Assembly: GCA_965153455.1 (NCBI GenBank)
Contig: OZ234493.1
Location: 25,100,213-25,164,212, forward strand
Reading direction: 5' to 3'
Length of the DNA: 64,000 nucleotides
Origin: Sphagnum compactum
Lineage: Eukaryota
The translations under genes and the position numbers were made by a program. A model generated the notes under the pieces. The model made no database searches. It was given only the letters and a program-made list of their open reading frames with translations, and had not been told where the DNA came from. Below, piece after piece: positions 50,351-64,000 of the stretch. Every line of letters begins with the position of its first letter. The first letter of the stretch is position 1.

Positions 50351-51864
50351 GAAAATAGTTCTGCAACACATCAAAATTGGACAAAAGCTTGGTTGGTGTC
50401 AACTTTAGACTCATCATAAAACGATTTTGCAAAATTTGCTAATAAATTTTGATGGAATTAATGGGCTTATACATGAGGCTCATTCAAAGAGATTCAATTC
50501 GTCTTTGCTCTACCTTCTCAAGGTACCAAATTGAAAAAAAATTCTTGTTTCCAATCTAGCTGGTATTTTGGCACACCACCTTTATGTTTGGCTTCTTCCA
50601 AAAAGGAGAAGAAAAATAGACAAATGAGCCATAAAATCTAGAAAGTATGGAGGGGAAAAACAACCTCCAAGCTCCTAGCTTCTAATCCTGAACATTTACA
50701 AGAAAATTGAATGAGTTGATTATAAAATGCCAGGTATGCATATAGGGTATGTTCCTGAGGTGACAAACTATGGACTTGTGATTGATGAATTTTCTTCATT
50801 TTCCTCCTCACTTTTGGTGTCATTTTATGTGCAGGTCTTGCTTGAAATCAAACATGCAAACAACAAAACTAGATATCTAATTTGCAGGTGTTAGTCCACT
50901 ACAACTGGTTGCAGGCAAAAACACCTTTTCTTTCAAGCAACAGTGAACGGTAAGGGAACCTTTCTTTCCTTCTCGAAACTGGGGTGTAGTTGTACATTTG
51001 AACCCCGCCATCATTTATGTGTGAATGAATGTCATGGTATATCTCACATGCTTTTCTCCAGAAATGACTGATATGATGATTTCGACTTATCTGAAAGTCG
51101 TGGAACCATGTGGAAGGAAGCCATGCAATGTTTTTCAAATGTTAACAACCATGGGTTGCCATCAAGGCATTGAGAACACTAAGTTTGTTGAATTGGTGCC
51201 AATGGGTCTGGACTTTTTAACTCAACAACAACCCCAAGTTAGTTGAATTGGTCACAACTGGTGTAAAGTCTAAACCTTTTGGACTGTTGGATTCACACTC
51301 CTATACCATGTAGGTCTTACAAAGTGGGATGCAAATGGGATGGTTTCACATGTCAAACTTTGGACAAATACAACAGCTTTGACACGTGTTTGTCGAATAA
51401 ATAAATAAATTTAAAACTCTCGTTTGGACAAATCAAAGGTCCTTGAAGATTCACTATTTTCCTTCCCAAATTTTTGTTATTTGATAAAAGAAATTGAAAA
51501 AAAATTCAACATTTCTGAAAATTATATAAATTAGTGTCAAAAGCTGCCGAGATAGCAGGGTGGTCAAATGATTTGGTTCCACATTACAAACCGAACTTCA
51601 AACCTTGTGACATTAGGCTAGGAGATGTTGAAAGAGAGATGGTGAGAGAACAAGAGTAAGTATCTAGAAACTCAAATCTAGATTTTTCTTAAGTCCGGGA
51701 CTTTGCATGCTATGGTGTCTGCACACCTTTCCACCACATGGTTCGTTAGGAGGAATAGTACCTCCCAAAAGCCCCAATTTCCAAGGATTTGCCCTTCCCA
51801 TTCATATTAAATAGATAAACCTTTCCTATTCACCACTCCTCGCATGTTAGATAGTCACCTCTCC

Positions 51865-52355
51865 TATTAATTAGATGAGGTGCCTCCCAGGTTCAATTTT
51901 TTTTTTTATTTTTTATTTTTTTGCAGCGAGCCAATTCGATTGGCCCATCACTAAACAAAAATGAAACTTTGGAGACTACCCTATATAGAAGGTTCTATTT
52001 GGAAGTGTAGAGTTCCTCCCCTTTGGGCCACTTATATAGTGAAAGGAGGACAACATTTGCCAAAGCATATGGGATAAAAATGAGGTGCTGGTGATAAAAG
52101 TGAGAACATGTTGGGGAACGTACTGAGAACCTGATGGGAACCCATTGAGAGATTAAAGGGAACATATTGGGAACCAAGGGAAATGAAAAAAAATTCCTCC
52201 CCACCCCCTCCAAAACATTAAAGGAAAAAAAGCAAGGCACCTTGAGTGCATTCTTTGAGCTTCCCATTGGCTACATGAAATTTCTCTTCCCAAAAGAGTT
52301 CCTCACCATTTTTGGCCTGGGCTAATACCCTTTGCAAAGAACATCCTACCTATTC
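51865..52355. repeat. Probable interspersed non-autonomous element
   Basis: Its end tcaccatttttggcctgggctaa has degenerate counterparts at about 32730 (same strand) and about 47420 (inverted); T-rich tract at the left end. Confidence 0.4.
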
Positions 52356-55300
52356 AGGACCATTGAGCAGTTTAGGTTGCAAAGTCCCCTCCAGAAGGCT
52401 CTTTGCTAAAATGTACCTATTGGTAGAAGGAAAAGGCACAGTGTAAGTGTAGGCTAAAGCCTATGGAGGCAGGCTACTTACCTACCTACTAATACCGAGC
52501 ATAAAGACGTCCTCTGATTTTAATTTTCTTTTTCCCCCCTTTTTTTGGGTGATACCCCAGAATTTTTTAATTAAAAAAATGGTGTAAATTAACTGATCTT
52601 TTGCAAAAACATGAAATAAAGACAATAAAGATATCCCTAAAGTATCCATTTCATAGGACAAGTGTTGAAAACCCTAAACCCTAAACCCAAAAGAAAAAAA
52701 ACCCAGGGTGAAAGTGGCAAATGGACTGCTTTTGGTACATTCTCAAGTTTCATCCTGTCTTTTACTGTATTGGCTCGTGTGCACGCCGCCGCCCCCCTCT
52801 TTTTCAAATTTCCCCCACTTTGTCCTACTTTAAAGGCAGTCAAAATATGGCCCCCAAGTCAACCTTTTTTTTTTCCTCCCTCACCCTCTCTTTTTCAAAT
52901 TTCCCCCCACAGTCAGTCAGGGTGACTTTCCGGAAGACTAGGAACTAGGTATCAAAATAATAACAGGGTATCAGACTTCCTGTGAAAGTCAGGCTGACTT
53001 TTGGGATCTGTTGAATGAAAGATAATAATGTTATTTGTAAATGATAAGAAGTATATTAGTGGGAGGAATTAACTCATGTTTTCATGACAATATGGGTTCA
53101 AACTTGGTAGGAGAGGAAGGAGGGGGGAAGGGGGAAGATTTTTAAAATAAATTAAAATTTGTCCTTAAGCAAAGACATGTGCAAGTCTGGAGCTCATTGA
53201 GCTAAAAACCTTGGCTATTTAGCATCTTCATGAAGGTATAAAACCTCGTCTCACTCTTAATCAGGCCTCTTTTTTAAGAGTGAGATTCACAAACATAATG
53301 TGTCCTCCAAATACACTTTGAATTTTTCACAAGTGCTTTTCACTATGTTCACATAGAAGCCTAGAAAAATGAAGGTTGAGACTTGGCATATCCTACTATC
53401 ACACACAAACCAATAAGTAAGCCCTCCTTTCATACATTGTACATACATAAGTACTCCTTTCATACCAAGGCAACGATATTGTGTTTAGATTCATGGCAGA
53501 GTAGAGTAGCTAAAGGGTTTTTGGCCCCTTGGTAATAGGTCTATTTTTATACGAGCATTTTTGAAAGATGATATTTTCGCTTGTGTTGAAACTTGACATT
53601 AGTTATGGAATTATGATATGTTGAAAAATTTGGTTTCTTTTAGTGGATTTTTTTGAAGATTATATTTTTGAACAGTGAAATATTTGAATTTCCATAATCT
53701 TCTTTTGCCTTAAAGGTATTTTAAAATCTAAATGACAAGGCCACAGTGTGACACACCCCTTGTTTAATGAAGTTTGCCAATTTGATAGTCCTGTAGCACC
53801 AAAAAAGGTTGGAGAAGGAAGGAGGGTTAACATCATACATATCAAATAAATCCTAGCCTAAGGGTAAGATTATGAATTCGGGTAGGAATAAATAATGCAA
53901 CTTTGAACCCTACTATGAACACCTTTTGACCAACGATTAAATGTAATAACTCATAAATTATGTAATAACTAATTTTGGGACTAAGCATAATTCAAAGATG
54001 TTTGATTTGATCGTAGGAAGTATATTCTAAACAAAAAGGGACTCATCCATAGATGGATGCTAATTATAGCAAAATAATAATTGACATGATTCCATTGGTT
54101 TGTGATTGATGAATATGTGTATGAACGGAGATAATAATTCATCCATTCCTCCTTGCTAGTATATAAGTGGGCTTGTGAGTGGGGCCTTGACATAATTTTT
54201 TAAAGTTTTTGATAATCTCACATTGCTATTTTGTGTGAGGATGTGGGAATAGCCTTGATGTAATGGGTGTTTATGACAATATACATTATTGTTTTTATGA
54301 TGTTGGATTGGTGTGTACAAGGAAACTCATGTGGTTTTGGTGAGTGAACCTCATAAAATAAGGTCTTTAAGCGTGTGTGAAGAATTCCCCATTGGATGTA
54401 GCCCACATAAAGATCAAGTTTTAAGCGCGTGAGTGATCCCACCCAAAACTCATGAAAGTTTCATCTGTTTTGTTGTCCACAAATTTTGGGAAGTTGTGTG
54501 AGTGTTGGGGTGTACATTTTGGGGGCAAAACAAGTAAAGATTTAAATAAAAAAAACCCTTATAGCCTACAATCCCTTTTAAAAAGTACTTGAGAGAGTCC
54601 AAAAGTAAATGGATATTTTGACCTAATTAACACATCCAATTTATGCAAGTGGCATGGTCCTGATACATAAGCATGGTTCTCCACCCCAAAAAAAACATTG
54701 CTTCTTTAGAACTACCAGCTCTTTGATTTTATATAACCTCCAATTCTTTACTGGTTCTTTCATGAAAACTGCAAATTCTTTAATTGATTTTTTTTTAATA
54801 ATTGGTACCTAGTGATTCTTGTATTTTGAATATTTTTTCATTCTTTGTGAAACATCGAAACTGGTGGTTATTTTATTCTAGTTTGGTGTTTTTTCCTTTC
54901 AAAACATCAATGGAGGTCCAGAATTGGTTATTCTTTTGTAGTGAAATTTTTGCATTTCATTCAAAACACCAAAACCAATGCTTTAAAGCATTTAATTTGT
55001 TATTTTTCCTTCAAAACACTGAAACTAGTCACTCATAGATGGTTATATCTTCAAATTTTTTTAAATTTAATTTTTCAACAAACACTAGAATATGTGCTTA
55101 GTTGATTATGGAAACAATAATTGTAATAGTGGTTATCAATGAAATCAAATACCCATCCAACAATGACAATAACAATTATTTCAAAGTAAAGTTAAAAGAG
55201 GATTTAAGCATCAGAATTGCGTAATTGTCAAGTGGGGCTACCAAAATGCACAATAATAAGGGAATCAGCTAATGTGGGGTGAATATTTGATTTTTGTAAG

Positions 55301-55716
55301 ACCCATTGGTTCTGGGCATTTGAAAAAATTCAAAATCAAATAACCATTGGGTCTAGGTATTTGGAAATTTTCATAATCAAATAATCGTTGGGTTTGGGTA
55401 TTTTGAAAAAACTCAGACTCAAATAATCGTTAGCTCTAGGTATTTCAAAAACCCAAAGAATCATAAGGTGTAATGAAAGAACCAAAAAAGATTCGACAAT
55501 TTTTAGATGATTTTTTTCCAAAAATTAAGAATCATAATTATGTGATGAAAACATATGGGATGAAACCTTATAATGGATGGAATATTGTTATCAACTGTCG
55601 AAAGTGAAAAACGACATATATTTTTTATGGATGATGGTGATGTTAAGGTAAAGTTTTTTTTGTTGTGGCTATTTTTTACATAGATTTATTTGTTTGCAAA
55701 TGATGTGCGCTATGAA

Positions 55717-56577
55717 TGTTGTAACCTTAACATTGAGTTCACGACAAAATGTGAAATGTAAAAACACATGAAATGAAGATAATATGTTTGGGAATGAAAC
55801 ATGCTTTCACAAGTGGGGGAAACTACAAGAAAATGAGCCCAATGATTCCCAAAGTGGACTCCCACTTTAGGAATTACATTCGTGCGGAGTCCTGAAAATT
55901 CAGGGTTTTAGTTGAAAGGACACACAAGCATTATTTTGGGCTCCCAAGATACCAATGTAAAGGTTTTAAATTTTAATTATCTAATGTGCTTTCGCATTAT
56001 TCATTTAGATTTAAAATGCATAAGTTATGATAAAAAGAAGGGTCAGGACTCAAATTGGGAATTTGATTTTTAACCACAAATCCCTTTAAAGTAAGGGCCA
56101 AATGAACTCCGATTGGGGTGTGCATACACCATTGGAAATATCTTTTTGAGGGTTCTAAGATGTTCTTTTGTATGTTCCAAACAAACTTGATTTAAGGAAA
56201 ATATAATTGGTTAAAATTTTAGAACAATAATCCCAATTTTGGGACTCCTAAGAAAATAATGTTATATTGGAAGGACAAGTGGTGCTTCTTTCTAAAAGTT
56301 GCAAGCCGTGTAAAGCTTGAGCTTGAAGTTGTTCTTGTTAAGTTTGTTGCATCACTTGTGTTTGATTTGCACTAACTGCCTTTGTTGTTTGGTTGTGTAA
56401 TTAATTTCACATTGAACTATTGCTTATGAGTTCATGCTACTCTCATCCCAAAACTCCAACACACCCTCTTACCTTAGAATTGTTGCAAACTAAGGAGCGT
56501 GCCTCAACTCTTTTCTTTTTTTGTTTTTCACTTTGGGACCCACATTTGGGTCTCTCAAGAACTTTAGGGGTGCATTA
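55717..56577. mobile_element. Older solo LTR related to 11068..11887
   Basis: TGTTGTAACC...GTGCATTA termini; 5-bp TSD ATGAA at 55712-55716 and 56578-56582; shared core aagttatg..aaaagaaggg.c.gga.tcaaa.tgg..a.tttga. Confidence 0.8.
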
Positions 56578-57749
56578 ATGAACTTTTGTTTTTCGATGAT
56601 GCTTGTTGCGTTATTGTGTTTTTGTTGGGTGCATTTTTGGTGGTGTGCTTGTGTTTGCACAAGTGTTTTGATGGATGTCAATCAAAAATTTGGAGGTGAA
56701 AATGAAGATAAGAGGAAGAGTTGTTGGGTGGAGCTCACCTTCTTCTTCGGTAAGTCTTGAAGATGTGTTGGGAGATAAGTGGCAAATTTTTTTTTCTAAT
56801 GGAGTTAGATCTAGATTGAATGTAGGTTTGTGTATTGCGGTTTCTTTGTGTTGAGGCAATGAAGTCTTTGTTGCACCATGTGCCTCAAAAAATGGGAGTT
56901 AGTTGTGGCAGTAGCTTTTGGGGTGGATGACCAAGGGGATGATGAAAAACTTGAGGGATCTCAAGAATGATCATTCTGAATTTTCAATGTGTTTGTGAGT
57001 TTTTGTGTTTAGGTTGTGGTAATTCTTGTCTCATGAGACTCATGAGAGGGCACCTTCAATACTAGGAACTCCAAAGGAATATTGGTGTCTATTCAAATCT
57101 AGAGGATGCTAATGATGATCATTTGAGGGACTAGGTTTTTCTTTGTAAATTCATAAATAAGTTTCTGTGGTATGCGGAGTGTTCAGATTGTTTATGTTTA
57201 GGTCGGTGTTGTTTGTGTTCATGGTTGAATTGTTGCACTCCTAAAGTTGATAGAGTTACCGAATTTATATATTAAAAGAATTTTGGGTAATGTCTTCCTT
57301 TTTCCTTCCTGTGTTGCTATGTGAAGGGAAGTCCTCAACATGGGTTGTTGTGGTTTGTTATAAATGAGAAAAGTACAATATGACCAATTGAGCTCAAGAG
57401 AGTGAGATTGGAGTGATCTGACCCCGTAGAGAGACCTTTAATTATTGGTTTTTGTGTAGACAACAAGAGTTTCTATAAATTTTAGCTTAGCTCATGGTAC
57501 TTAAGTTACTTGGAAAGGATTGCTACAATAAGATGTATGCAGATACTTGTTTGGAATTTCATATTCAATTGACCTGTTGGGTCTTTGTGTGTGCCCTTGT
57601 TTTTCATTAGAATTATATACAATAAAATCAGGTATTTGATACCCGTACTGATACCCGAAGGGTGTTTGGTGCAATTTCTAATACCGGGCCCTCTCTGGAA
57701 TCAACGACTGGGCTGTACCTCGCCAGTTTTCGCCTGTGCACCGCATTAG

Positions 57750-57930
57750 GGACGTCAACGTTGGGCCACGTTTCGTCTGGCTGCTGCTTCTGGCGCAGCC
57801 TCCTTTCCACCTTTTGCTGCGACGAAGACGAGGATCCATCTTCGTTGCTGCTGCTCTGCAGCTGCTGCTGGTCGCAGCGGAGCGTCAATCGCTTGGACAA
57901 ACGTGTCACGTGCTCAGCTTGTGACGTCTC
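57750..57930 (+). promoter_or_regulatory. ACGT-core (ABRE/G-box/C-box) cluster upstream of the Sec14 gene
   Basis: gacgtc 57751, aacgtt 57757, ccacgt 57766, ACGTGTC 57901, CACGTG 57907, TGACGT 57922. Confidence 0.45.
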
Positions 57931-58551
57931 ATCCAGCTGGGAACCGCTGCGATGGACGAGTGATCGCCAACTTTTTCCTGTTTTTGCTTTGGGGTTGTTT
58001 TTTTTTTTTTTTGCCCCCCCCCCACCCCCCCCTCCTTCTTCCGTGGTTGCTTCCTTCCTGGCTGCTGCTGTTACGTCTTCTGGCAGAGATTTGAAGAAGA
58101 AAAGTCTTGACTTGCTTCTGTGGCAATCAATTGAGCAATCTGTAGTTACTGCTGCTTCCAAAGGATCTTGAACAATAGTCTTGACTTGTGTGTGTGGGGG
58201 AGAGCAATCTATCAATCTGTAGCTGCTGCTCTTGCTTCCGAAGGATTTTGAAGAAGAGTCTTGAGTCTTGAGTCTAGACTATTTTTTTTGTGTGTGTCGT
58301 GGGTGGGGTGCGGGGGCAATCAATTTGCAGGACTTCTTTACAATTTGATGTTTCGCGTTGTGTGGTATACAGGAGGACCTAATTACACGCATTCGGGTTG
58401 GGATTTTTGTTGCCCGGTTTGCTAAATTTTGGTTTTGGTACTGGTTTTGTGGTGGCTGGAGGTTTGTGGACAATCAAATTCTTAGTGGAAATCATCAACA
58501 ACTTTGATTATCAGTCCATCGGCAGCTAGCTAGAGGGTGAAAGCAACAAGC

Positions 58552-60520
58552 ATGTCAGCACTGAGGAAGGTTGGAAAGAGAGGAGTTGAGGAACCGAGCA
58601 CACCTGCTCAAGAAGATGCTAAGGTATTTATTGGCTCTGTCCTTCAGGGTAGAGACATTGTGATGCACTCAGAAACAGGCCAAAGTTTGGTATCCCTACA
58701 TTCTAGGGTCATGTGGAGTCCACTATAGAACCGTTTCCAGCAGCATATGGGAAGGATGCACTTGGGCTTCACCATGCTAACCACCAAATGTTGCCAATTT
58801 AGTATGTTGAATAATTGCCATCCTTATGGATGTCATTGAAAGGCAGAGTCATTATGTGATGAGCTCCTTGGTACACTATGGCTTTTGAAGCCTTCAAAAT
58901 CCTCTTCAGTGGGTGGTGCTACCGCCACCATGCTCCTGAAATGAAGATTGGTATCTGATTTGTGGGAGAAGAAGCTTTGGGGTTTTGTGAACTCTAGAAG
59001 AAAATGTCCACTGCAGGAATGAATCATCTTATGGATCGTAGAGAAATTTGTGTTGCAATTTGGAAAAGTCTTGCTGGCAATGACAAAAAAAAGTCTTGGG
59101 GATTGGGGATGATGGCCACCTTTGCAGGTGAAAGAGTTGCGAGCACGATTAGGACCATTGACAGGACGCTCACTCCAATATGCAACAGATTCATGTCTCA
59201 AGCGCTACCTGCGAGCTCGCAGCTGGAATCTCAAGAAAGCAGAAAAGATGATTCGAGAATCTCTCACATGGAGAGCCACTTACAAACCGGAAGAGATTTG
59301 CTGGAAAGATATTGCCACAGAAGCAGAAACTGGCAAGGTGTACAGAGCAAATTTCTTGGACAAGCAGGGTCATCCAGTGTTAGTGATGCATCCAGGAAGA
59401 CAGGTTAGGGGTTTTGTTTCTTTCACCCCTTGAGGAAGAGTCAGTAATGATTCTTAACAACATCAAGGCCGAGACTGAGTAAAGAAGCATTTGGTTTATA
59501 GCTGTGAAAAAGACTCTTGAGATCAAAGATTTTACCCTTCCTGTGAAATGGAATCAAAGATAGGTCCTCGTGTCTCCTCCACCTCCCCATGTATGTAAGT
59601 GTGTGTGTGTTGTGGTGCACTGGCTGACTGATACAGAACACTTCAATGCGGGAGGGGCAAATCAAGCACCTTGTGTACTCAATGGAGAATGCAGTCTTGA
59701 ATCTGCCACCAGGTCAAGAGGAAATGGTGTGGTTGGTCGATTTCAAAGGCTGGACTATCAACAAAGCAGTCCCTCTTAAGACAGTTCAAGAAACTGCCTA
59801 TGTCTTGCAAACCCATTACCCTGAGCGATTAAGTGTGGGCATCTTGTACAATCCTCCCCACATTTTTGAAACGTTTTATACGGTAAAAGCCTCTCTTTTT
59901 CAAGGCAGTGAATGGGTGCAATTGACAGTAGAAGAAAGAATCAAAGTCTTTGTTTAAGGATGCAATGGGTGCAAGTGACAGTTGAAGAAGGAGTTGCTGT
60001 TATTGATTTTCTAGAGATTCCATTCCCACTTGTGCCAAAATTGTACATCAAGTGGAATTTTGAGTTATTTTGCAATTTTTACAGAGACTCTCACTCTTGT
60101 GTTTTGCAGTAGATTACACCTCTCAGTCTTGTGGTTACATCAGGGAGTCCCCTGTTGTGCTGTACTGAAAGCTCTTATTAATGTATCATGTCTTGGATGC
60201 AGATTGTGAAGCCATTTCTCGATCCCAGGACAGCTCGCAAAGTGAAATTTGTGTACAGTGATGATGCTGAGTCAATGAAAATTCTGGACATTCTTTTTGA
60301 CAAAGACAAAGTAGATGCTTCGCTTGCAGATGATGATTTTGACCTTGCAGAGTATGCGAAACTGATGCAGAATGATGATGAAAGGGCGGCAGTAACCTGG
60401 AATTTGAGGGGAAGTGAAGCAGGAGCAGACACCCCCCACCCCATTCCCAACCTTTCAACCTTGAAGCTCGATACAGTCAATTCAAGTAGTCGATACACTG
60501 CTACTATTACAAGTGGATGA
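58552..60520 (+). CDS. Sec14-like CRAL-TRIO phosphatidylinositol transfer protein, 303 aa; join(58552..58623,59128..59403,59637..59882,60203..60520)
   Basis: CRAL_TRIO_N (CLKRYLRARSWNLKKAEKM..SLTWR), DKQGHPVLVMHPGRQN, WLVDFKGW, LQTHYPERL, IVKPFLDPRTARKVKFV; phase-0 GT-AG introns. Confidence 0.94.
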
Positions 60521-63500
60521 GACCTCAGATGATTCTCATCACTGCAGCAGAGATATGCTACTTTCCTCACCTTAAGCAATACCATTTTTCTGATCTCCAT
60601 TGCCAAAACATTCAATCGCAAGCTGAAAGAGTTTTGACAAAAGGAGGGATCTATTTTTCGGATAGTATTTTTTCCATACTACCCAAAAGTGATTTGAACA
60701 TGAGGAAAAACCACATATGCAACTCATGACAAGATCTACATATTTATGTGTTGCTAGACTATGTTTGTATATACTCCTCATCCGATCTCATTCATTTATT
60801 TCATTGTTGTTGAAGGTCACTCAACATGTGCGACATTTTGCAATTGTTCAAACACCTCTAGACAATACTCTTGTTTATATGGCAGATGTGCATTTTTGTT
60901 TTTTTTTGTTTTTTGGTCTTAGTGTTGTCCCTTTTTCTATTGCTCTTTCTTAGTTTAAAACTTCTTATGCTGAAGTGTTTCTTCCACTGGAAAGGAGAAC
61001 TTTTCACCTTGTTCTCACTTTTTAAATTGTGAGTATGGAGATTTTTGGATGATCCCCAGAATGATGGGTTGTTCAAATGATTTGTAACTGCTTCCATGAA
61101 AGTTTCCACATTATTAATCCAGCCTTTTCAAATGTCATTACTTTCTTCATAGTTTGCTTATTCAAATGATTTGCTGCCATCTTCTATGAAAGTTTTACAT
61201 GTATTAAAGTTATCCACAAAGTCAGGAAAGGGACCCTGAGTTTGGTCATAAACAGGGTGAGATTCAAAAGAAACCTGCAAAAAAGGTACATTAGAAAGAA
61301 AGACTGTGAAACCCAAAGAACCGTGAGGAGCAGACAACTCAGGGTTTTCTGAGTTTCACCCTGTCTTTCTTTTCTCCTGAGCTCCTCCACTGCTACTACA
61401 TATATTTTCACTGCTCCTACCTGTGCAGCTACTATAATTCTTCTTGGACCTTGTGCGTTAAATGTTGAGTTTCAGTATTTCATACTGAGTTTTAATAAAT
61501 GTTCATTACATTAGGGATACCACTGAAAGAACGGTTAGGGGGTGAAAGGAGGCTCAAAGACAGGGTGAAGATAGGGTGAAGACAAAGGTGAATTTACAGA
61601 TTTCTCTATTATTTCAGCCTTTGTTGGTATTACCCAAAAGGGAAATTTGGATTTGAGAAAATCAACATAATTTAAGAAAAAGTTCTAGTTTCTCCTAAAC
61701 TAGTTCAACAACTTGTTAGATATCAAGTCCTGACAACAAAGAAAATGATAAGCTCCAGAATACACCCTACACAATTGTCTCAATTTCAGCATCAACAGAG
61801 AAATAATTTCCTTCAATTTCCACGTTTCAAGCAGGTAATTAAAAAATAAGCAGCAATCTGAAAAATTAATGGAACTGAAAAGGAATGTCGAAAGTACTTA
61901 TGTTTTAGTACTAACTTAAGATATTAGTTAACAATTTTGATGTCCATTCACACTTAAGTTAGTGTTAAGTTAAACTAAGTATCAAAAAATAAAGCAGCTT
62001 ACCTTTGTAATCACACCATCATGATCAATGTTAGTGGTTAGTAGTCACAAGCAAGATTGGCTATTATAATTACTGTTAAATGTAATAAATGTAAATGTTA
62101 AATGGTATGGAGTTAGACCCCACAATCAAGAGTGTGTTATGTAACATTGATTTAAAGTTTTTTTATTTCTTTACATAACATTAAGTTAAAACATCAAAAC
62201 TGAGATTTTAGGTTAGGTTTGGATGTTAAGAGCCACTTTAAATGACAGTCCAAGATTCAAAATCCCAATGATCAATTTGAAGCTAATTAAACTTTTGAAT
62301 TGCACCCTTCTTCATATTAATTTTATTATTTATAAAGTATAGTGAGTGCGTCCAATGACATAGGGTCAAATTTGAAAATTTTGAGATTCACAAATGAGAA
62401 AATGAGATTGAAATTTTCTTTTTATTTTCCCTTTCTCTTCATTCTTTTCATGTTTTTTTTTTCAGTTCTTACTACACACAATAGCATAGGCACACGATAT
62501 TGATAAACCTAGTTTTTATTATGGTCATCCATTGAATCATTGCATTATTACTCTCATTGCAATGAGTAACTATTGCACAACATTGAAGTATGAGGAATGT
62601 ATTACTATTTTTTTCGAAGTTTGTTGACATGTCACCAAAGGTTCATTTCATATGAAGTATGAGAAGGCGATTGATATATAAAAAATCCAACCATGTCAAC
62701 ATTATATGTGCTTAAAAACGGATTAATGGGCATGCATTCAATAATGTTTTCAATTCTCAAAATGTCTTTCATTCTTGCACAATTTCAACTTCAAAAAATT
62801 AGAAAATAAACAATGAAAAACATGAAAAAAACAACCTTGAACCCTAACTTAAATCTTGATTCTCCAAACCTTGAGCTCCATTTTTGCATCTAGCCCAATT
62901 GAATTTTCCTCCAAAATAATGACATGTAAGTTCCACCTCAAATTGACTTCATCAATCTTGATCCTCATCTAAAAGCCTTGGGTCCAACTTCCGTTTTTTG
63001 ATCAACAAAATAGAACTATTTTGTTGGACCCTCCCCTTTGGACTCTCATCTAAAGTAACCCTAACTATCATAAATGCTAACACCAAGTTAACACCACATA
63101 CCAACAAGGATGCCACATCATCAACAATGCTACCTTACATTACATATGTGAATGCACCTGAAATCAAGAAAATCAAACATCAACTTAGCACTAAATGTGA
63201 ATGGTGCTTAAGCCCATATTGTATGTTTTTTTACATGATTTTTCCAGTGATAACAATATATATATATATATACTGCCACAGACTCCAAGTAAACTTCACC
63301 ACCATTTGAAATATTTTGCAAATTTGCCAGATTTTGACCTAAGGTACTAAAAACATAGAAGGATACTTGAAATGATGTATAATGTCTACCAATATGACCA
63401 ATTAATGCTATACTGTTTTTTGAATGCTTGTCATTGATGCAAGATCAGAAAGTAGAGAATGAAAATCTTAATTCACACTGAGTTTCACACTATTTGAAGC

Positions 63501-63865
63501 CTAAACTCCATCAAAATAATAATTGTTTACATAACATTATCCTCCTGCTAGTGAACCTATTCTTCATACTGAAAAGCCGCAACTCATTTACTTAATGACT
63601 CCCAGTTTTTATGACAAGTTCAAACAAAAATCATGAAAGATGATGAAAGATGAATATACTTACCTAACCATATTACATGATGATAAGAATGCAGTTTCAT
63701 TGCAGCCTGAGAGTGAGACATAAAAAATGTGTTGTTCTAAGACTGCATAAACCACTCCCTGAAGTTTTGAATTGTATTTGGAGGGCACCTTGTATATGTG
63801 AATTTCCCTGTAAGAAAAATGGGGAGTGATCATACACATACTCTTTTAAGTGTAAGTGTAGGGTA

Positions 63866-63957
63866 ATGCTTGAGGAGCAGGGAGTTCCTCAAATAAGTGC
63901 CTGCCAGACATGGAGCCAAGGAGCACTTATTTCAGAATCACCCTGCTCCTCAGGCAT
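63866..63957. ncRNA. Pre-miRNA-like imperfect hairpin (unassigned family)
   Basis: atgcttgaggagcaggg pairs with ccctgctcctcaggcat (17 bp with one G:U); internal loop; aaataagtgc pairs with gcacttattt (10 bp); short terminal region. Confidence 0.5.
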
Positions 63958-64000
63958 ATGATACTAACAGCAGGTATCTTACCAGGTATCTTAAAAAAAA

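Noticed and set aside
57628-58215. 195-aa and 169-aa ORFs
   Set aside because: Low-complexity promoter/5' leader of the Sec14 gene; no recognisable domain
63900-63922. Weak resemblance of the hairpin loop region to miR160/miR160*
   Set aside because: Too many mismatches, and it lies in the loop rather than the stem

Overview
AT-rich, intron-containing land-plant nuclear DNA. It is most likely a bryophyte; the repeat landscape and the hydrolase-NLR suggest Sphagnum, which is an inference. Four spliced genes can be modelled with in-phase GT-AG introns. (1) A minus-strand alpha/beta-hydrolase-NB-ARC-LRR immune receptor whose hydrolase and NB-ARC exons are intact but whose LRR exon is cut off by an in-frame TAA and is decaying. 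(2) A nuclear-encoded plastid ribosomal protein L11. (3) An IRK-interacting (IRKI/GIL1-like) protein. (4) A Sec14/CRAL-TRIO lipid-transfer protein. The region from about 8.6 to 24.5 kb is a dense nested transposon block: two Tourist MITEs, a Copia remnant fused to a Gypsy remnant, a solo LTR (TSD GCAAT), a non-autonomous CACTA element (TSD AAT), a decayed hAT (TSD TATATATA) and a stack of Helitron-like elements. Further right are a CRE-like non-LTR remnant, a second older solo LTR (TSD ATGAA) and a pre-miRNA-like hairpin at the window end. All calls were made by eye; no searches were run.
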